Of a stretch of 64,000 nucleotides of DNA, positions 7,836 through 18,358 are shown in pieces. Source of the stretch: an uncultured cyanobacterium (GTDB lineage Bacteria > Cyanobacteriota > Cyanobacteriia > Phormidesmidales > Phormidesmidaceae). The translations under genes were made by a program, and so were the position numbers. Below the pieces are notes generated by a model. The model did no database searches. It was not told where the DNA came from and worked only from the letters and a program-made list of their open reading frames with translations. Where the stretch lies: the NCBI GenBank assembly GCA_963793265.1, contig CAWBZI010000004.1:256001-320000 (forward strand), read 5' to 3'. Positions within the stretch are counted from its first letter, which is position 1, and each line of letters opens with the position of its first letter.

Positions 7836-10388
7836 ATTATCGATGCCTTTGTCGCCGCTGAAGGTGCCGCCTTGAATAGAAAGAGAGCCTTCGCTGCCGA
7901 GTACGTGAACGTGGGCGGCGGTGCCGATGCCGCCTTGACGGATGGGGTCATCGCTGGCTACGTCAATCATGGTGGCAGTGCGCCAGATGCGGAAGTTGCG
8001 TTTGTTGTTAGCAGCAGCAGCGCGGATAAGCACCGTGTCTTTTGACTTGAGGTCGTAGCCGCCATCGGTGTTGCCAGAGGCGAAGGTGTCTTCGTAGGTG
8101 ATGTCGTAGGTGCCCCAGTCGGTGACGAAGCCGTCGGCGTTCCAGTACAGCGAGTCGTCTCTACGCTGAACGGCGTTGTTCATAGTGACGCGGCGGTGAA
8201 TGACGTTGTTAACGGTGTTTTGAAGCTGGACGCCCATGGCGAAGTTGTCGCCGTCCTGACGTTGGGAGTCTCCAACTACGTCTTCAATGAGGATGTTGTT
8301 GCTGTTGTATTGGAGGCGGATAGCTCCTTTGGAGAACCCAGCGACGTTGATGTCGCGAATGGTGAGATCGGTGATGGAGGCTGTATTCGCGCCGCCGGAG
8401 ACGTAGTTTTCTACAAAGCGACGGACATTGTTGACCTGCATGTCTTCGAGGGTGATGTTCGTGAGATCGCCGCCTAGACGGAAGGCTCCATTGCCGATAT
8501 TTTTGAAGTTAATACCTGTGAAGTGGAGATGGTTAGCGCCGTTGAGCAGGCGAAAGACTTCGCTGCCGTCGGACTTGCCGGGCGTCCAGTTTTCGGCGCG
8601 ATCGCCTACAAACAAAGGCGTATCATTTCCGCCTGCTTGAGAGGCGACCCCTCTGATCCGAATCGGTGCTGTAGCACTGCCGCCACTATCTACGCTAATG
8701 ATCTGCCCAGCAACGTTGTAGTCGCCTAAATCGCCTGCTATCCAAATCTCGCCGCCGGGAGTAGATTGTTCAATGAGTTTGTCTAAATCAGTAATGCTAG
8801 CCGCCTGCTGCCAACTGCTGCCGTCACCATTGCCGTTAGGACTGATGTAGCGAACGCTGCTTGTATCAGTGAAGGGCTGACTAGGAGCTTCAGGGAACAT
8901 CTCTGGTAGGATAGGCGGTTCTTCTGGCTGTATCGACACGGGTAGAATTTCAAATCCAGAGAGTTTAGCTTTATCTTGAATGCCGGTAAGTGAGATATCT
9001 AATCGGCCATCGGTGACGACAATATTACTGAATGATTGGTTGAAAGCTCGCAATCCGCCAGCTTCTTGATAGATATCGAGTCCCTGTGTAACTGTCTCTC
9101 CTTCTACAGCAATATCAAACGTACGCTGGCCGCTGGCTGACCAGTAAATTTCAGCGAAGAGAAGATTTAAGTCGTAGGTGCCATTGGTAACTGCAACAGA
9201 GTAGTCTAGCGTTTTGGCATAGCGTTCACTTCTGTATAAAGTGTCGTTTCTAGTGCCTTGAATATCGACGTTTTTATAAGCCGTTTTTCCATCGTCGAAG
9301 AAGGTGTCTGCTAGCCAGGTTCGGCCTTGCCTATCAACAAAGCGATCGCCACCAGCATTTACCCGAATAGCGTCTGTCGGTTCTATCAAATCTGTTGCGA
9401 TAATTTCGATGCCCGAGAGCTGGGCATAGTTTTCGACGGCCTGTAGCTGAATGTCTAAGATCCCATCAGTGACAACGATACTGCTAAAGGCTTCTTGAAT
9501 GGCCTGGTCATAGCCTGCGGCGGCGTGGATGTCAAAGCGATCGCTGAGCTTCTTACCTTCTAAAGAGATATCGAACAGGCGATCGCCACTGCTTTCAAAA
9601 AGCATCTCGGCAAAGTGCAAATTAACATCAAAAACGCCGTTAGCGACCGGAATGTGATAGTCCATGCTCGTTGCATACCGCCCACTTTGATAGAGCGATT
9701 CGTCAAGGGTTCCTGAAATTCTATCGCTTGTTTGCGATGTTCTTCCGTCCTCAAAAAAACGATCGGCTATCCACGTTTGCCCTTTACTATCTGTATAAGC
9801 CTCACCGCCTGCGTTAATCCGAATAGGATCAGGAAGATTTTTCGCCGCGCCTACTTGGATAAATTCTACATAGTCAATTCTGGCGTGTTCGCTAGCAGCT
9901 TCAGTACCTAGAACCGTGAAAGTGTCGCCCTGCTGTAACGAGATCTGACTAGCGATGGTGCGGTGAACTAGAGTCCCAGGGGTCGCTAGATGGCTGTCTA
10001 GCTTTTGATCCAGCTTGAGCGCCCCTAGAGACTGACCGTTTAATAGTGGATCTAACTTTGCACCACCGCCTTCTTCATCAAAGTAGCCCAGAACAATATC
10101 ATAATTTCCTTCGGGGCCAGTAAAGGTGATACTGGCGCTGCCCGTTTCACCTTTCTGTTGACCAAAGAAGCTGATCACGCTTTGATTAGAGGCAAAGTCA
10201 ATGACTTCTAGACGGTAGTTTTCCAATGCTATATCTTCCGCTTCAACTCTCAATACCTGAGACTGGACGCGACGATTTGATAAAAATGTGCCGCTAGCAC
10301 TCACCAGTTCGCTTACTGAAGTATCTGTATCCTGAGCGCTACTGGATATATCTGAAGGGGCGCTGAAGGCACTATCTACGAATGTCAC
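7764..10388 (-). CDS. CBM-like + 2x malectin + right-handed beta-helix (polysaccharide lyase-like) protein; last ~25 aa displaced by an out-of-frame duplication
   Basis: Two malectin domains (IRINAGG...WxAD...LHFAE...RxFDI...LSGIEI); SPNGNGDGSSW and WNADGF...GNTDGGYDLKS beta-helix; start taken at GTG 10388 after GGAG (ORF track gives TTG 10403). Confidence 0.75.
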   Translation of the reverse strand: MTFVDSAFSAPSDISSSAQDTDTSVSELVSASGTFLSNRRVQSQVLRVEAEDIALENYRLEVIDFASNQSVISFFGQQKGETGSASITFTGPEGNYDIVLGYFDEEGGGAKLDPLLNGQSLGALKLDQKLDSHLATPGTLVHRTIASQISLQQGDTFTVLGTEAASEHARIDYVEFIQVGAAKNLPDPIRINAGGEAYTDSKGQTWIADRFFEDGRTSQTSDRISGTLDESLYQSGRYATSMDYHIPVANGVFDVNLHFAEMLFESSGDRLFDISLEGKKLSDRFDIHAAAGYDQAIQEAFSSIVVTDGILDIQLQAVENYAQLSGIEIIATDLIEPTDAIRVNAGGDRFVDRQGRTWLADTFFDDGKTAYKNVDIQGTRNDTLYRSERYAKTLDYSVAVTNGTYDLNLLFAEIYWSASGQRTFDIAVEGETVTQGLDIYQEAGGLRAFNQSFSNIVVTDGRLDISLTGIQDKAKLSGFEILPVSIQPEEPPILPEMFPEAPSQPFTDTSSVRYISPNGNGDGSSWQQAASITDLDKLIEQSTPGGEIWIAGDLGDYNVAGQIISVDSGGSATAPIRIRGVASQAGGNDTPLFVGDRAENWTPGKSDGSEVFRLLNGANHLHFTGINFKNIGNGAFRLGGDLTNITLEDMQVNNVRRFVENYVSGGANTASITDLTIRDINVAGFSKGAIRLQYNSNNILIEDVVGDSQRQDGDNFAMGVQLQNTVNNVIHRRVTMNNAVQRRDDSLYWNADGFVTDWGTYDITYEDTFASGNTDGGYDLKSKDTVLIRAAAANNKRNFRIWRTATMIDVASDDPIRQGGIGTAAHVHVLGSEGSLSIQGGTFSGDKGIDNIIFDLDDKGSVTVDGATLTRDYL

Positions 10389-10631
10389 TGGGCTATCTCC
10401 CAAGCCGATTTGAGCCCAATATGTGCTTTATGATACGCGTGTAATAATGACGTAAATACCTAAGTTGTGTACGGAAGCCTGAACAGGAGGATGGGTTGCG
10501 ATCACCCACCTATCTGTACTAGCCAAACGAGTAAAACCACGTATGCTTAGAAATTTTGAATTCGCCAAATCCCTTGCTGTAAGAGCAAAGCATGCTATTC
10601 ATGCAACTTTGGGAACCTGTATAAAGTAGTC

Positions 10632-10667
10632 AAAAACCCAACGAAAGTATAAGTAATTTCGTTGGGT
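10632..10667 (-). terminator. Intrinsic terminator of the 10737-12491 gene
   Basis: ACCCAACGAAA/TTTCGTTGGGT 11-bp stem followed by T run on the minus strand. Confidence 0.6.
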
Positions 10668-10736
10668 CAATAGCCCTACCTGTAATGTTGTAATTACTGA
10701 TTGCGCATGTAGCCTTTATGAAAAACTATGGGCAAG

Positions 10737-12491
10737 CTAGTCTTCGGTCAGGTTGTTGATCTGTAGACTGCCGCCTTGGACGGTTCTAAGCGTGTAGTCA
10801 TTGCCTAAAATAACTACCTCATCAACCCGAGCACTGCCTTTCTCATCTAAGTCAAAAATAATGCTGTCTCGTTTGTTATTAAAGGTGCCACCTTCAATAA
10901 CCAGATCGCCGTTGTTCCCTAAAACATGAATATGCGCGGTCGTACCCGTTCCGCCTCTACTATTGGGCTCGCTACTGATCACGTCATACATTTCGGCTGA
11001 ACCCCAAATCCGAAAGTTTCGCTTATTGTCTTTGGCCGCAGCGCGTCGCAGTACAGTGTTGTTCGATTTAAGATCGTAGCCGCCATCAGCATTTCCAGCA
11101 GCGTAGGTATCTTCATAGGTGATGTTATAAACGTTCTCTTCGGTCGCAAAGCCGTCGCCGTTCCAGTAGTCGGATTTTCCTTTTTGCTGAATGGCATTTT
11201 GCATGGTTACCCGACGGTGCATGACATTATGAACGCTGCCTTCTAGCTGAACACCGGTCGCGAAGTTGTCGCCATACTGCTGTTGGGAGTCTCCAAAAAC
11301 ATCTTCAATCAGTACGTCGCGCGTGTTGTATTGTAAGCGGATGGCTGCTTTAGAAAAACCAGAGATATTAATGTCTTGAATGGTGAGATTGCTTACTGAG
11401 GCATCACTTTCTCCACTGGCTGCGAAGTTTTCAACAAACCGGCGAACGTTGTTTGCTTCCATCTTTTCTAAGGTAATGTCAGTGAGGTCTGCGCCCAGCC
11501 TGAAAGCGCCGTTGCCCACATTCTTAAATCCTAAGCCGCTGAAGTTTAGATGATCTGCACCATCTACAAGGCGGAAAACTTCGTCGCCATCGTTTTTCCC
11601 AGGCTTCCAATTTTCGGCGCGATCGCCCACAAAGAAAGCCTTATCTTCCTTTCCTGTTTTACTAGAAACCCCGCGAACGAATACAGGTGACTCCTTTGAG
11701 CCACCATGGCGAATCGTAAACAGCTTATCTTCAACGTCATACGTCCCCAAATCGCCTGCTATCCAAACCTCATCTCCTGGCTTTGAACGGTCGATAAGCC
11801 GATCGATTCGATCGAGGCTAGCTGCACGCTCCCAGCTTGAGCCATCGCCTTCCCCATTCGGCTTTATATATCGTATTTGAGCACCCTGCTTCAAAGGGCG
11901 TGGATCGACAGACTGTTTAGACTCTGACTGGATCGAATCATCCTGACTGCCAGTAGGCACAAACTCTACATAATCGAGGCGAGCGGGTTCCCCATTAGAT
12001 TCCACGCCGAGTACTTCAAAAGTATCGCCGGTTTGTATAGAAACATTCTCGGCTACGGTACGCCTTACCTGTGTTGCAGCATTTGCCAGATTGCTACCTA
12101 ACTGGCGATCTAGCTTTATTTTACCGAGCGACTGGCCATTTAACAGCGGATCTAGCTGGGCGGTACCCGCTTCTTCGTCAAAGTAGCCCAATATGACGTC
12201 ATAGCTGCCAGATGGTCTAGAAAACTTTGTTGAAACGCTACCTGATTCGTTGTTGCCTGCTCCTAAAAAGCTAGCGACTAGCTGATTGGACGCTGCGTCA
12301 ATCTTTTCTATCCGGTAGTTCTTTAACGACATCTCTTCTGCTTCAATTCGCAGGCTTTGAGGTGCGCTTTGGAGATCTCTTTTGAGGTTGAAAGGGCCGC
12401 TAATGACGTCACTTGAAAGCGTTTCGCCTGATGATATAAGCGATGCATTGTGATCGCTGTAGTCAATGTTCTGAATATCTGTAAAAACCAC
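10737..12491 (-). CDS. CBM-like + right-handed beta-helix protein, paralog of 7764-10388 lacking malectin domains
   Basis: Shares LRIEAE..YDVILGYFDEE domain and PNGEGDGSSW...WNGDGF...GNADGGYDLKS...NKRNFRIW with the neighbour. Confidence 0.75.
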   Translation of the reverse strand: MVFTDIQNIDYSDHNASLISSGETLSSDVISGPFNLKRDLQSAPQSLRIEAEEMSLKNYRIEKIDAASNQLVASFLGAGNNESGSVSTKFSRPSGSYDVILGYFDEEAGTAQLDPLLNGQSLGKIKLDRQLGSNLANAATQVRRTVAENVSIQTGDTFEVLGVESNGEPARLDYVEFVPTGSQDDSIQSESKQSVDPRPLKQGAQIRYIKPNGEGDGSSWERAASLDRIDRLIDRSKPGDEVWIAGDLGTYDVEDKLFTIRHGGSKESPVFVRGVSSKTGKEDKAFFVGDRAENWKPGKNDGDEVFRLVDGADHLNFSGLGFKNVGNGAFRLGADLTDITLEKMEANNVRRFVENFAASGESDASVSNLTIQDINISGFSKAAIRLQYNTRDVLIEDVFGDSQQQYGDNFATGVQLEGSVHNVMHRRVTMQNAIQQKGKSDYWNGDGFATEENVYNITYEDTYAAGNADGGYDLKSNNTVLRRAAAKDNKRNFRIWGSAEMYDVISSEPNSRGGTGTTAHIHVLGNNGDLVIEGGTFNNKRDSIIFDLDEKGSARVDEVVILGNDYTLRTVQGGSLQINNLTED

Positions 12492-13091
12492 AAAAAACCT
12501 CTTTTGCTCAGAAATGTGTCATTGAAGACGCGCAAAAGAGAGAAGCTATAAAACAAGCTCCGAAGTCTTCATAAAAGAGAGATTTATGGCCCAAAACACA
12601 GTAAAACTAGCCGCTTTAAGAACTGTTCTCAAGCAGACACCTTCGTCGTTAGTTTTGTTCCTCAAAAAGTAGAAAGTAGAACTGCCGCCAGCGGAAAACT
12701 GCTAGTGGAGCATCCAACTCAATAGCTTACGTTGGCCTATTTATTAGGGTTCTCTCGATATAAAACTCTCTTTACGCTGTCTTACTTTAATTTATTGACA
12801 ATTAGCACAAGTGACGATTTAGTGACGAATAAGCTGGAAGATGCTGTCTTTTAAGAAATCTAGCATGTTTGCTTAGAACTGTGTGCCGTATATGAGCCAG
12901 TTTTTTTGCTTGGGAAATATTCTCTTCCGGCTGTTTATAGATGAATCTTAGGCAAGAAGAGCATAGCCGACGAAATTGTTGATATCAGCTTGCTAACGCT
13001 GTTAAAAGTAGATGATATTTCAGTTTTAGCCCATTTCTTGAACCCTCATCAAGAGCGCTACATTATTCATACTCAAAATCTAGTACTTTTT

Positions 13092-13952
13092 ATGGCAGTT
13101 TCTCCCTATCTTGTAGACGTTCATTGGCTATCGCAGTGTTTGAGCAATTCTAATGCTGTCGTTATAGATGCTCGGTTTTCTCTAGCCGATTCTGAACTTG
13201 GCTATCAGCAGTATCGATTAGGTCATATTCTTGGCGCATACTATCTGCATCTCAATCGAGATCTTTCTATCCCTGTTCAATCTCATGGCGGGCGACACCC
13301 TTTACCTGACTGGGCGCAGTTTGCGCGTACGCTCAACCAAATGGGCGTGTTCTCTAAACCACCAAATGGCCCTACTCAAATTGTGATTTACGATGATTCG
13401 CGCTTTGCCTTTGCAGCTCGGCTGTGGTGGATGCTCAGGTATTTAGGTCATGAGCAGGTCGCTATTTTAGATGGTGGTATCAATGCTTGGGAGTCGGCTG
13501 ATTTGCCGATAAGTACGGATATTCCTGGGGCGATCGCAGGCAATTTTATTCCTCAGCCACAATCAGACTGGATCGTAGATATCGACGCTGTGCGACAGGC
13601 AGTGCGACAAAGAAAGGATCGCTCAGGCGCAATCGTGATTGATTCTAGATCGCCAGAAAGATTTCGCGGTGAGGTAGAGCCTATTGATCCCATTGCAGGT
13701 AGCATCCCAGGCGCAATCAACTCATTTTGGAAAAATGTCACCACTGAGGCTGGCTATATGAAGAATACTTCTGCACTATCTAGTCAATGGTCTAGTTTGG
13801 CCTCAAAAGATGAAATTATCGTCTATTGCGGATCTGGCGTAACGGCCTGTGTCAACTTGTTTTCATTAGTAGTCGCTGGTCACCCCATGTACAAACTCTA
13901 TCCCGGTGGCTGGAGCGACTGGTGTTCTTACGAAGATATAGACAAAGCGTAG
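13092..13952 (+). CDS. Thiosulfate/3-mercaptopyruvate sulfurtransferase (double rhodanese, SseA family)
   Basis: GRHPLP, AARLWW, LDGG, VYCGSGVTAC and LYPGGWSDW; ATG 13092 preferred over TTG 12990. Confidence 0.9.
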   Translation: MAVSPYLVDVHWLSQCLSNSNAVVIDARFSLADSELGYQQYRLGHILGAYYLHLNRDLSIPVQSHGGRHPLPDWAQFARTLNQMGVFSKPPNGPTQIVIYDDSRFAFAARLWWMLRYLGHEQVAILDGGINAWESADLPISTDIPGAIAGNFIPQPQSDWIVDIDAVRQAVRQRKDRSGAIVIDSRSPERFRGEVEPIDPIAGSIPGAINSFWKNVTTEAGYMKNTSALSSQWSSLASKDEIIVYCGSGVTACVNLFSLVVAGHPMYKLYPGGWSDWCSYEDIDKA

Positions 13953-14003
13953 GGCGTAGGTACAGATGTAAACTGATGATTTTAGTAGCCTTTGGCTAAA
14001 CGA

Positions 14004-14561
14004 ATGGCGGTTCGCATCTACGGCAATCGAGAACTTAAAACGCTACCTGGGGAGGCGACTCGGCCGACGTCGGCGCGGGTAAGAGAAGCGCTGTTTAATA
14101 TTTGGCAGGGGCGGGTTGCGGGCTGCTCTTGGTTGGATTTGTGTGCGGGTAGCGGCGCGATGGGGGCAGAGGCGCTGTGTCGTGGGGCGGCAGAGGTGGT
14201 CGGGATTGAGAAGTCGGGTGCGGCTTGTCAGGTGGTGACTGAGAACTGGCGGAAGGTGGCAAAGCCTGAGCAGCAATTTCGCGTGATTAGGGGCGATGTG
14301 GTTCGGCAGCTAGCGATGCTTAAAGATGGCGTTAAGTCGAGTGGGCAGGCTTTTGACTGTGTTTATTTTGATCCACCCTATGCAGGCGAACTCTACGATT
14401 CGGTGCTTAATTTGGTCGCTGAGTGCTTAAGCGCGCAGGGCGAAGCTGCCGTTGAGTATGATGCATCGCGGTGGCAACCTAATCGGCTTCCTGCCGCTTT
14501 AGACGTTGTGAAGGAGAAGCGCTACGGCAGTACTCACCTGATCTTTCTACGCAGGTCGTAA
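14004..14561 (+). CDS. rsmD: 16S rRNA m2G966 methyltransferase RsmD
   Basis: TRPTSARVREALFN, LDLCAGSG, YFDPPY, KRYG. Confidence 0.9.
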   Translation: MAVRIYGNRELKTLPGEATRPTSARVREALFNIWQGRVAGCSWLDLCAGSGAMGAEALCRGAAEVVGIEKSGAACQVVTENWRKVAKPEQQFRVIRGDVVRQLAMLKDGVKSSGQAFDCVYFDPPYAGELYDSVLNLVAECLSAQGEAAVEYDASRWQPNRLPAALDVVKEKRYGSTHLIFLRRS

Positions 14562-14753
14562 TGAGGCGAGCCGCAATTTACTCGATAGGTTTGATAAGCA
14601 TTTTTGAACGGTGAGTGCTGCAAGAATGGCGAATTTACGGCACAATTGAATAAAGCAACACTTTTGTTGCTAAACTCGCTTAGGCGTAGTTTGTATGGGC
14701 TAGACCGCTGTTAGCGGTAGACCATACGGTCGCAGGAAATAGGAGAAATAGTT

Positions 14754-16508
14754 ATGGTTGCCGCCGCTGTTCAGACGAAGGAAAATTTTGAAGGGCCTGC
14801 TCAAAAGCGCCTGTCGATGCAGGTTGAGGGCATTGCTGAAGAGACGACGACGCTGCGATCACAAGACTGGGATCGCGACCGATTCGACATTGAATTTGGA
14901 CTTCAAAACGGCACAACCTACAACTCGTTCATTATCCAGGGCGAAAAAACCGCGCTTGTAGACACCTCCCACGCCAAGTTCCGCGAGCTATATATAGATG
15001 CGCTCAAAGGTGAAATCGATCCGGCCACTATTGATTACATTGTGGTGAGCCACACCGAGCCTGACCACAGTGGTTTGATTAAAGACGTGCTGGCGCTGGC
15101 TCCGAATGCGGTGGTTGTGGGTGCTAAAGTTGCGATCGCCTTCCTAGAAGATCTGATCCACGCCCCTTTTGAGCGCCAAATCGTCAAAAGCGGCGACACG
15201 CTAGAGCTTGGCAACGGCCACCTGCTCGAATTTACCAGTGCGCCAAACCTGCACTGGCCCGACACTATCTTCACCTTCGATCATAAAACCGGTATTCTCT
15301 ACACCTGCGATGCCTTTGGTGCTCACTACTGTACTGCCGACACCTTTGATGAAGATCTTGAAGCGCTTTCACCTGACTTTCGCTTTTATTACGAGTGCCT
15401 GATGGCTCCGAACGCTCGCTCTGTGGTGTCGGCCATGAAGCGGATGGATAAGCTAGACGGCACGATTGACACGATTGCGACCGGGCACGGGCCTTTGCTC
15501 AGACGAAACGTAGAAGAGCTGACGGGGCGCTATCGGGAGTGGAGCGCGCAGAAGAATAATGCTGAGACGCTGGTGTCGGTGTTTTATGTGTCTGACTATG
15601 GGTTTAGCGATCGCATTTCGCAGGCGATCGCCCGAGGCATCAATAAAACTGGCGTTGGTGTAGAAATGGTGGACTTGCGCTCTGCCGATGCTCAAGACGT
15701 GAATGAAATTGTCAGCCGCTCGACGGGCGTTGTGATCGGAATGCCGCCGTCTACGGGTAAAGGATCTGAAGAAACGCGAGCAGCACTCGGAACGGTGTTA
15801 GCAGGCGTGAGCGAGAAGAAAACGTTCGGCTTGTTTGAGTCTTATGGCGGTGATGACGAGCCGATTGATACGCTGCAAACTAAGCTGCAAGATCTGGAGC
15901 TAAAGGTCGCCTTTGATCCGATTCGTGTAAAAGATACGCCGGATGAAGCGCTATATCAGCTCTGCGAAGAGACGGGTACTGACCTGGGTCAAGACCTGGC
16001 CAAGAAGAAAAAAATTAAGAAGATTAAAGCGTTAGACGCTGATTTGCAAAAGGCTCTGGGCCGCATTAGCAGCGGACTTTATATCATCACTGCGACAAAG
16101 GGCGACGTGCAGTCAGCGATGCTGGCCTCCTGGATTACGCAGGCGAGCTTTGAGCCTTTGGGCTTTACGGTAGCTGTGGCTAAAGACAGAGCGATTGAGT
16201 CGTTTATGCAGACGGGCGACACGTTTGTGCTGAATATTTTGGAAGAGGGCAATCATCTGCCGCTGATGAAGCATTTCCTCAAGCGCTTTCCGCCGGGTGC
16301 CGATCGGTTTGCCGGGGTGCGGACGCGCCCGGCTGAAAATAAATCACCGATTCTGGCCGATTCGCTGGCGTATTTGGAATGTGAGGTGGCAAGCCGGATG
16401 GAGCTGAGCGATCATTGGCTTGTGTACTGCACGGTGGATGAAGGCAAGGTGGCTAAAGAAGAGGCGCAGACGGCTGTACACCATCGGAAGGTTGGTAACT
16501 ACTACTAA
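14754..16508 (+). CDS. flv3: Class C flavodiiron protein, Flv3 type
   Basis: Metallo-beta-lactamase SHTEPDH and HWPD, flavodoxin and flavin-reductase domains; C-terminus HHRKVGNYY. Confidence 0.85.
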   Translation: MVAAAVQTKENFEGPAQKRLSMQVEGIAEETTTLRSQDWDRDRFDIEFGLQNGTTYNSFIIQGEKTALVDTSHAKFRELYIDALKGEIDPATIDYIVVSHTEPDHSGLIKDVLALAPNAVVVGAKVAIAFLEDLIHAPFERQIVKSGDTLELGNGHLLEFTSAPNLHWPDTIFTFDHKTGILYTCDAFGAHYCTADTFDEDLEALSPDFRFYYECLMAPNARSVVSAMKRMDKLDGTIDTIATGHGPLLRRNVEELTGRYREWSAQKNNAETLVSVFYVSDYGFSDRISQAIARGINKTGVGVEMVDLRSADAQDVNEIVSRSTGVVIGMPPSTGKGSEETRAALGTVLAGVSEKKTFGLFESYGGDDEPIDTLQTKLQDLELKVAFDPIRVKDTPDEALYQLCEETGTDLGQDLAKKKKIKKIKALDADLQKALGRISSGLYIITATKGDVQSAMLASWITQASFEPLGFTVAVAKDRAIESFMQTGDTFVLNILEEGNHLPLMKHFLKRFPPGADRFAGVRTRPAENKSPILADSLAYLECEVASRMELSDHWLVYCTVDEGKVAKEEAQTAVHHRKVGNYY

Positions 16509-16560
16509 ACGTTCCGTTGAATGATGAACTTGCTGTGAGATGTAAAGGAGCCTATTTGTT

Positions 16561-18327
16561 ATGACTGCTCAAATCCCTGCGGTACAGGCCGACACGGAGG
16601 CGGTACCTGCTAAGGGGCGCAGAGACGTGCAGGTGTTGCCGATTGCGGCGGATACAACGGCGTTGCGATCGCGCTCTTGGGAACGCCTGCGCTTTGAAAT
16701 CGAATACGCCCTTGAGAAAGGCACGACGGCTAACTCCTACCTAATTCGCGGCAATCAAATCGCGCTGCTCGATCCCCCCGGCGGTTCTTTCACCGAAAAG
16801 TTTCTCGAAGCACTCAAAGCCGAAGTTGACCCGCACGATATTGACTACATCCTTTTAGGTCATATCAACCCAAACCGGATCGAAACGCTGAAGGTACTGC
16901 TACCGCTAGCGCCTCAAGCGACGATTGTGTGCTCAAACCCGGCGGCTATTACGCTTAAGGCGGCGCTAGAAGAAACCGATCTGAATAATCCTATTCAAGC
17001 GATCAAAGGCGGCTCCGAGCAGGACTTGGACTTAGGTCAAGGTCACCATTTGCAGTTCGTGCTTACGCCTACGCCGCGCTGGCCTGATGGCATGTGCACC
17101 TACGACAGCTACAGCGAAGTACTCTATAGCGATAAGTTCTTTTGCGCTCACATCTGCGGCGAAGATGCCTACGATCTCAGCCGCGAAACGCTAATAGAAG
17201 ATCAGCGGTATTACTTCGACTGCTCAATGGCCCCGAACGCTAAGCAGGTAGCAACAGCACTTGAGAAGCTGAAGGATTATGCGCCTCGGTTATATGCGGT
17301 TGGTCATGGGCCGCTGGTTCGCTACGGTGTGACTGAGCTAGGTCAAAATTATGTTGAATGGGCTACTAAGCAGAAGGGCAACGATCTATCGGTAGCGCTG
17401 ATTTATGCTTCTGCGTATGGGAATACGGCGACAATTGCGCAGGCGATCGCACGCGGCATTACCAAAGCAGGCGTCGGCGTAGAGTCCATCAACGCCGAGC
17501 AAGCCACCACCGCAGACGTTAAAGCGGCGGCTGAGAATTCTGCGGGCTTTATTATGGGCTCGCCTACGCTAGGCGGTCATGCGCCTACCCAAATTCAGAC
17601 GGCTCTGGGCGTGGTTCTCTCTGCGGCGAGTAAAACGAAGCTAGCGGGTGTGTTTGGCTCTTTTGGCTGGAGCGGTGAAGCGATTGATCTGCTCGAAAAC
17701 AAGTTCAAAGATGCGGGCTATAGCTTCGGCTTTGACCCAATTCGGGTGAAATTTACCCCCGATGCTGGAACGCTGCAAGAATGTGAGCAGGCAGGCACTG
17801 ATTTTGCCCAGCAGCTCAAGAAGAAGAAAAAAGCCAAAGCGCCTCGCATGTCGGCCTCTGCGGTAGAAAGAGCCATTGGTCGATTAGTCGGTTCTATGTG
17901 CATTGTGACGGCCAGGCGCGACGATATTAGTAGCGCCATGCTGGCCTCCTGGGTCGCTCAGGCAACGTTTACACCCCCTGGATTTACGGTGGCCGTGGCA
18001 AAAGATCGGGCTGTAGAAGGGCTAATGCACACGGGTGATAACTTTGTGCTGAATATCTTGGCAGAGGGCAAGCATCTAGGGCCGATGAAGCACTTTTTGA
18101 AACCGTTTAAGCCGGGTGAAGATCGCTTTGCAGGTGTGGAGACTCGAGAGACTGAAGATGGGCAGTTGGTTTTAGAAGATGCGATCGCCTTTCTTGAATG
18201 CACCGTGGCTAACCGCATGGACTGCGGCGATCACTGGGTTGTGTATGCGACAGTCAGCAATGGCGAGGTGATAGACAATAATGCTAAGACAGCGGTTCAC
18301 CATCGCCGGACAGGAACGCATTATTAA
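16561..18327 (+). CDS. flv1: Class C flavodiiron protein, Flv1 type (non-canonical diiron ligands)
   Basis: RDVQVLPIA, LRFEIEYAL, GHINPNR replacing HxExDH, YASAYGNT, flavin reductase domain. Confidence 0.85.
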   Translation: MTAQIPAVQADTEAVPAKGRRDVQVLPIAADTTALRSRSWERLRFEIEYALEKGTTANSYLIRGNQIALLDPPGGSFTEKFLEALKAEVDPHDIDYILLGHINPNRIETLKVLLPLAPQATIVCSNPAAITLKAALEETDLNNPIQAIKGGSEQDLDLGQGHHLQFVLTPTPRWPDGMCTYDSYSEVLYSDKFFCAHICGEDAYDLSRETLIEDQRYYFDCSMAPNAKQVATALEKLKDYAPRLYAVGHGPLVRYGVTELGQNYVEWATKQKGNDLSVALIYASAYGNTATIAQAIARGITKAGVGVESINAEQATTADVKAAAENSAGFIMGSPTLGGHAPTQIQTALGVVLSAASKTKLAGVFGSFGWSGEAIDLLENKFKDAGYSFGFDPIRVKFTPDAGTLQECEQAGTDFAQQLKKKKKAKAPRMSASAVERAIGRLVGSMCIVTARRDDISSAMLASWVAQATFTPPGFTVAVAKDRAVEGLMHTGDNFVLNILAEGKHLGPMKHFLKPFKPGEDRFAGVETRETEDGQLVLEDAIAFLECTVANRMDCGDHWVVYATVSNGEVIDNNAKTAVHHRRTGTHY

Positions 18328-18358
18328 CCGCTACAAAAGCCGCTCTGAGGGAAACGCT

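Noticed and set aside
16561..18327. Missing diiron ligands in the second flavodiiron protein as a sign of decay
   Set aside because: Non-canonical ligands are a known property of Flv1/Flv2-type proteins
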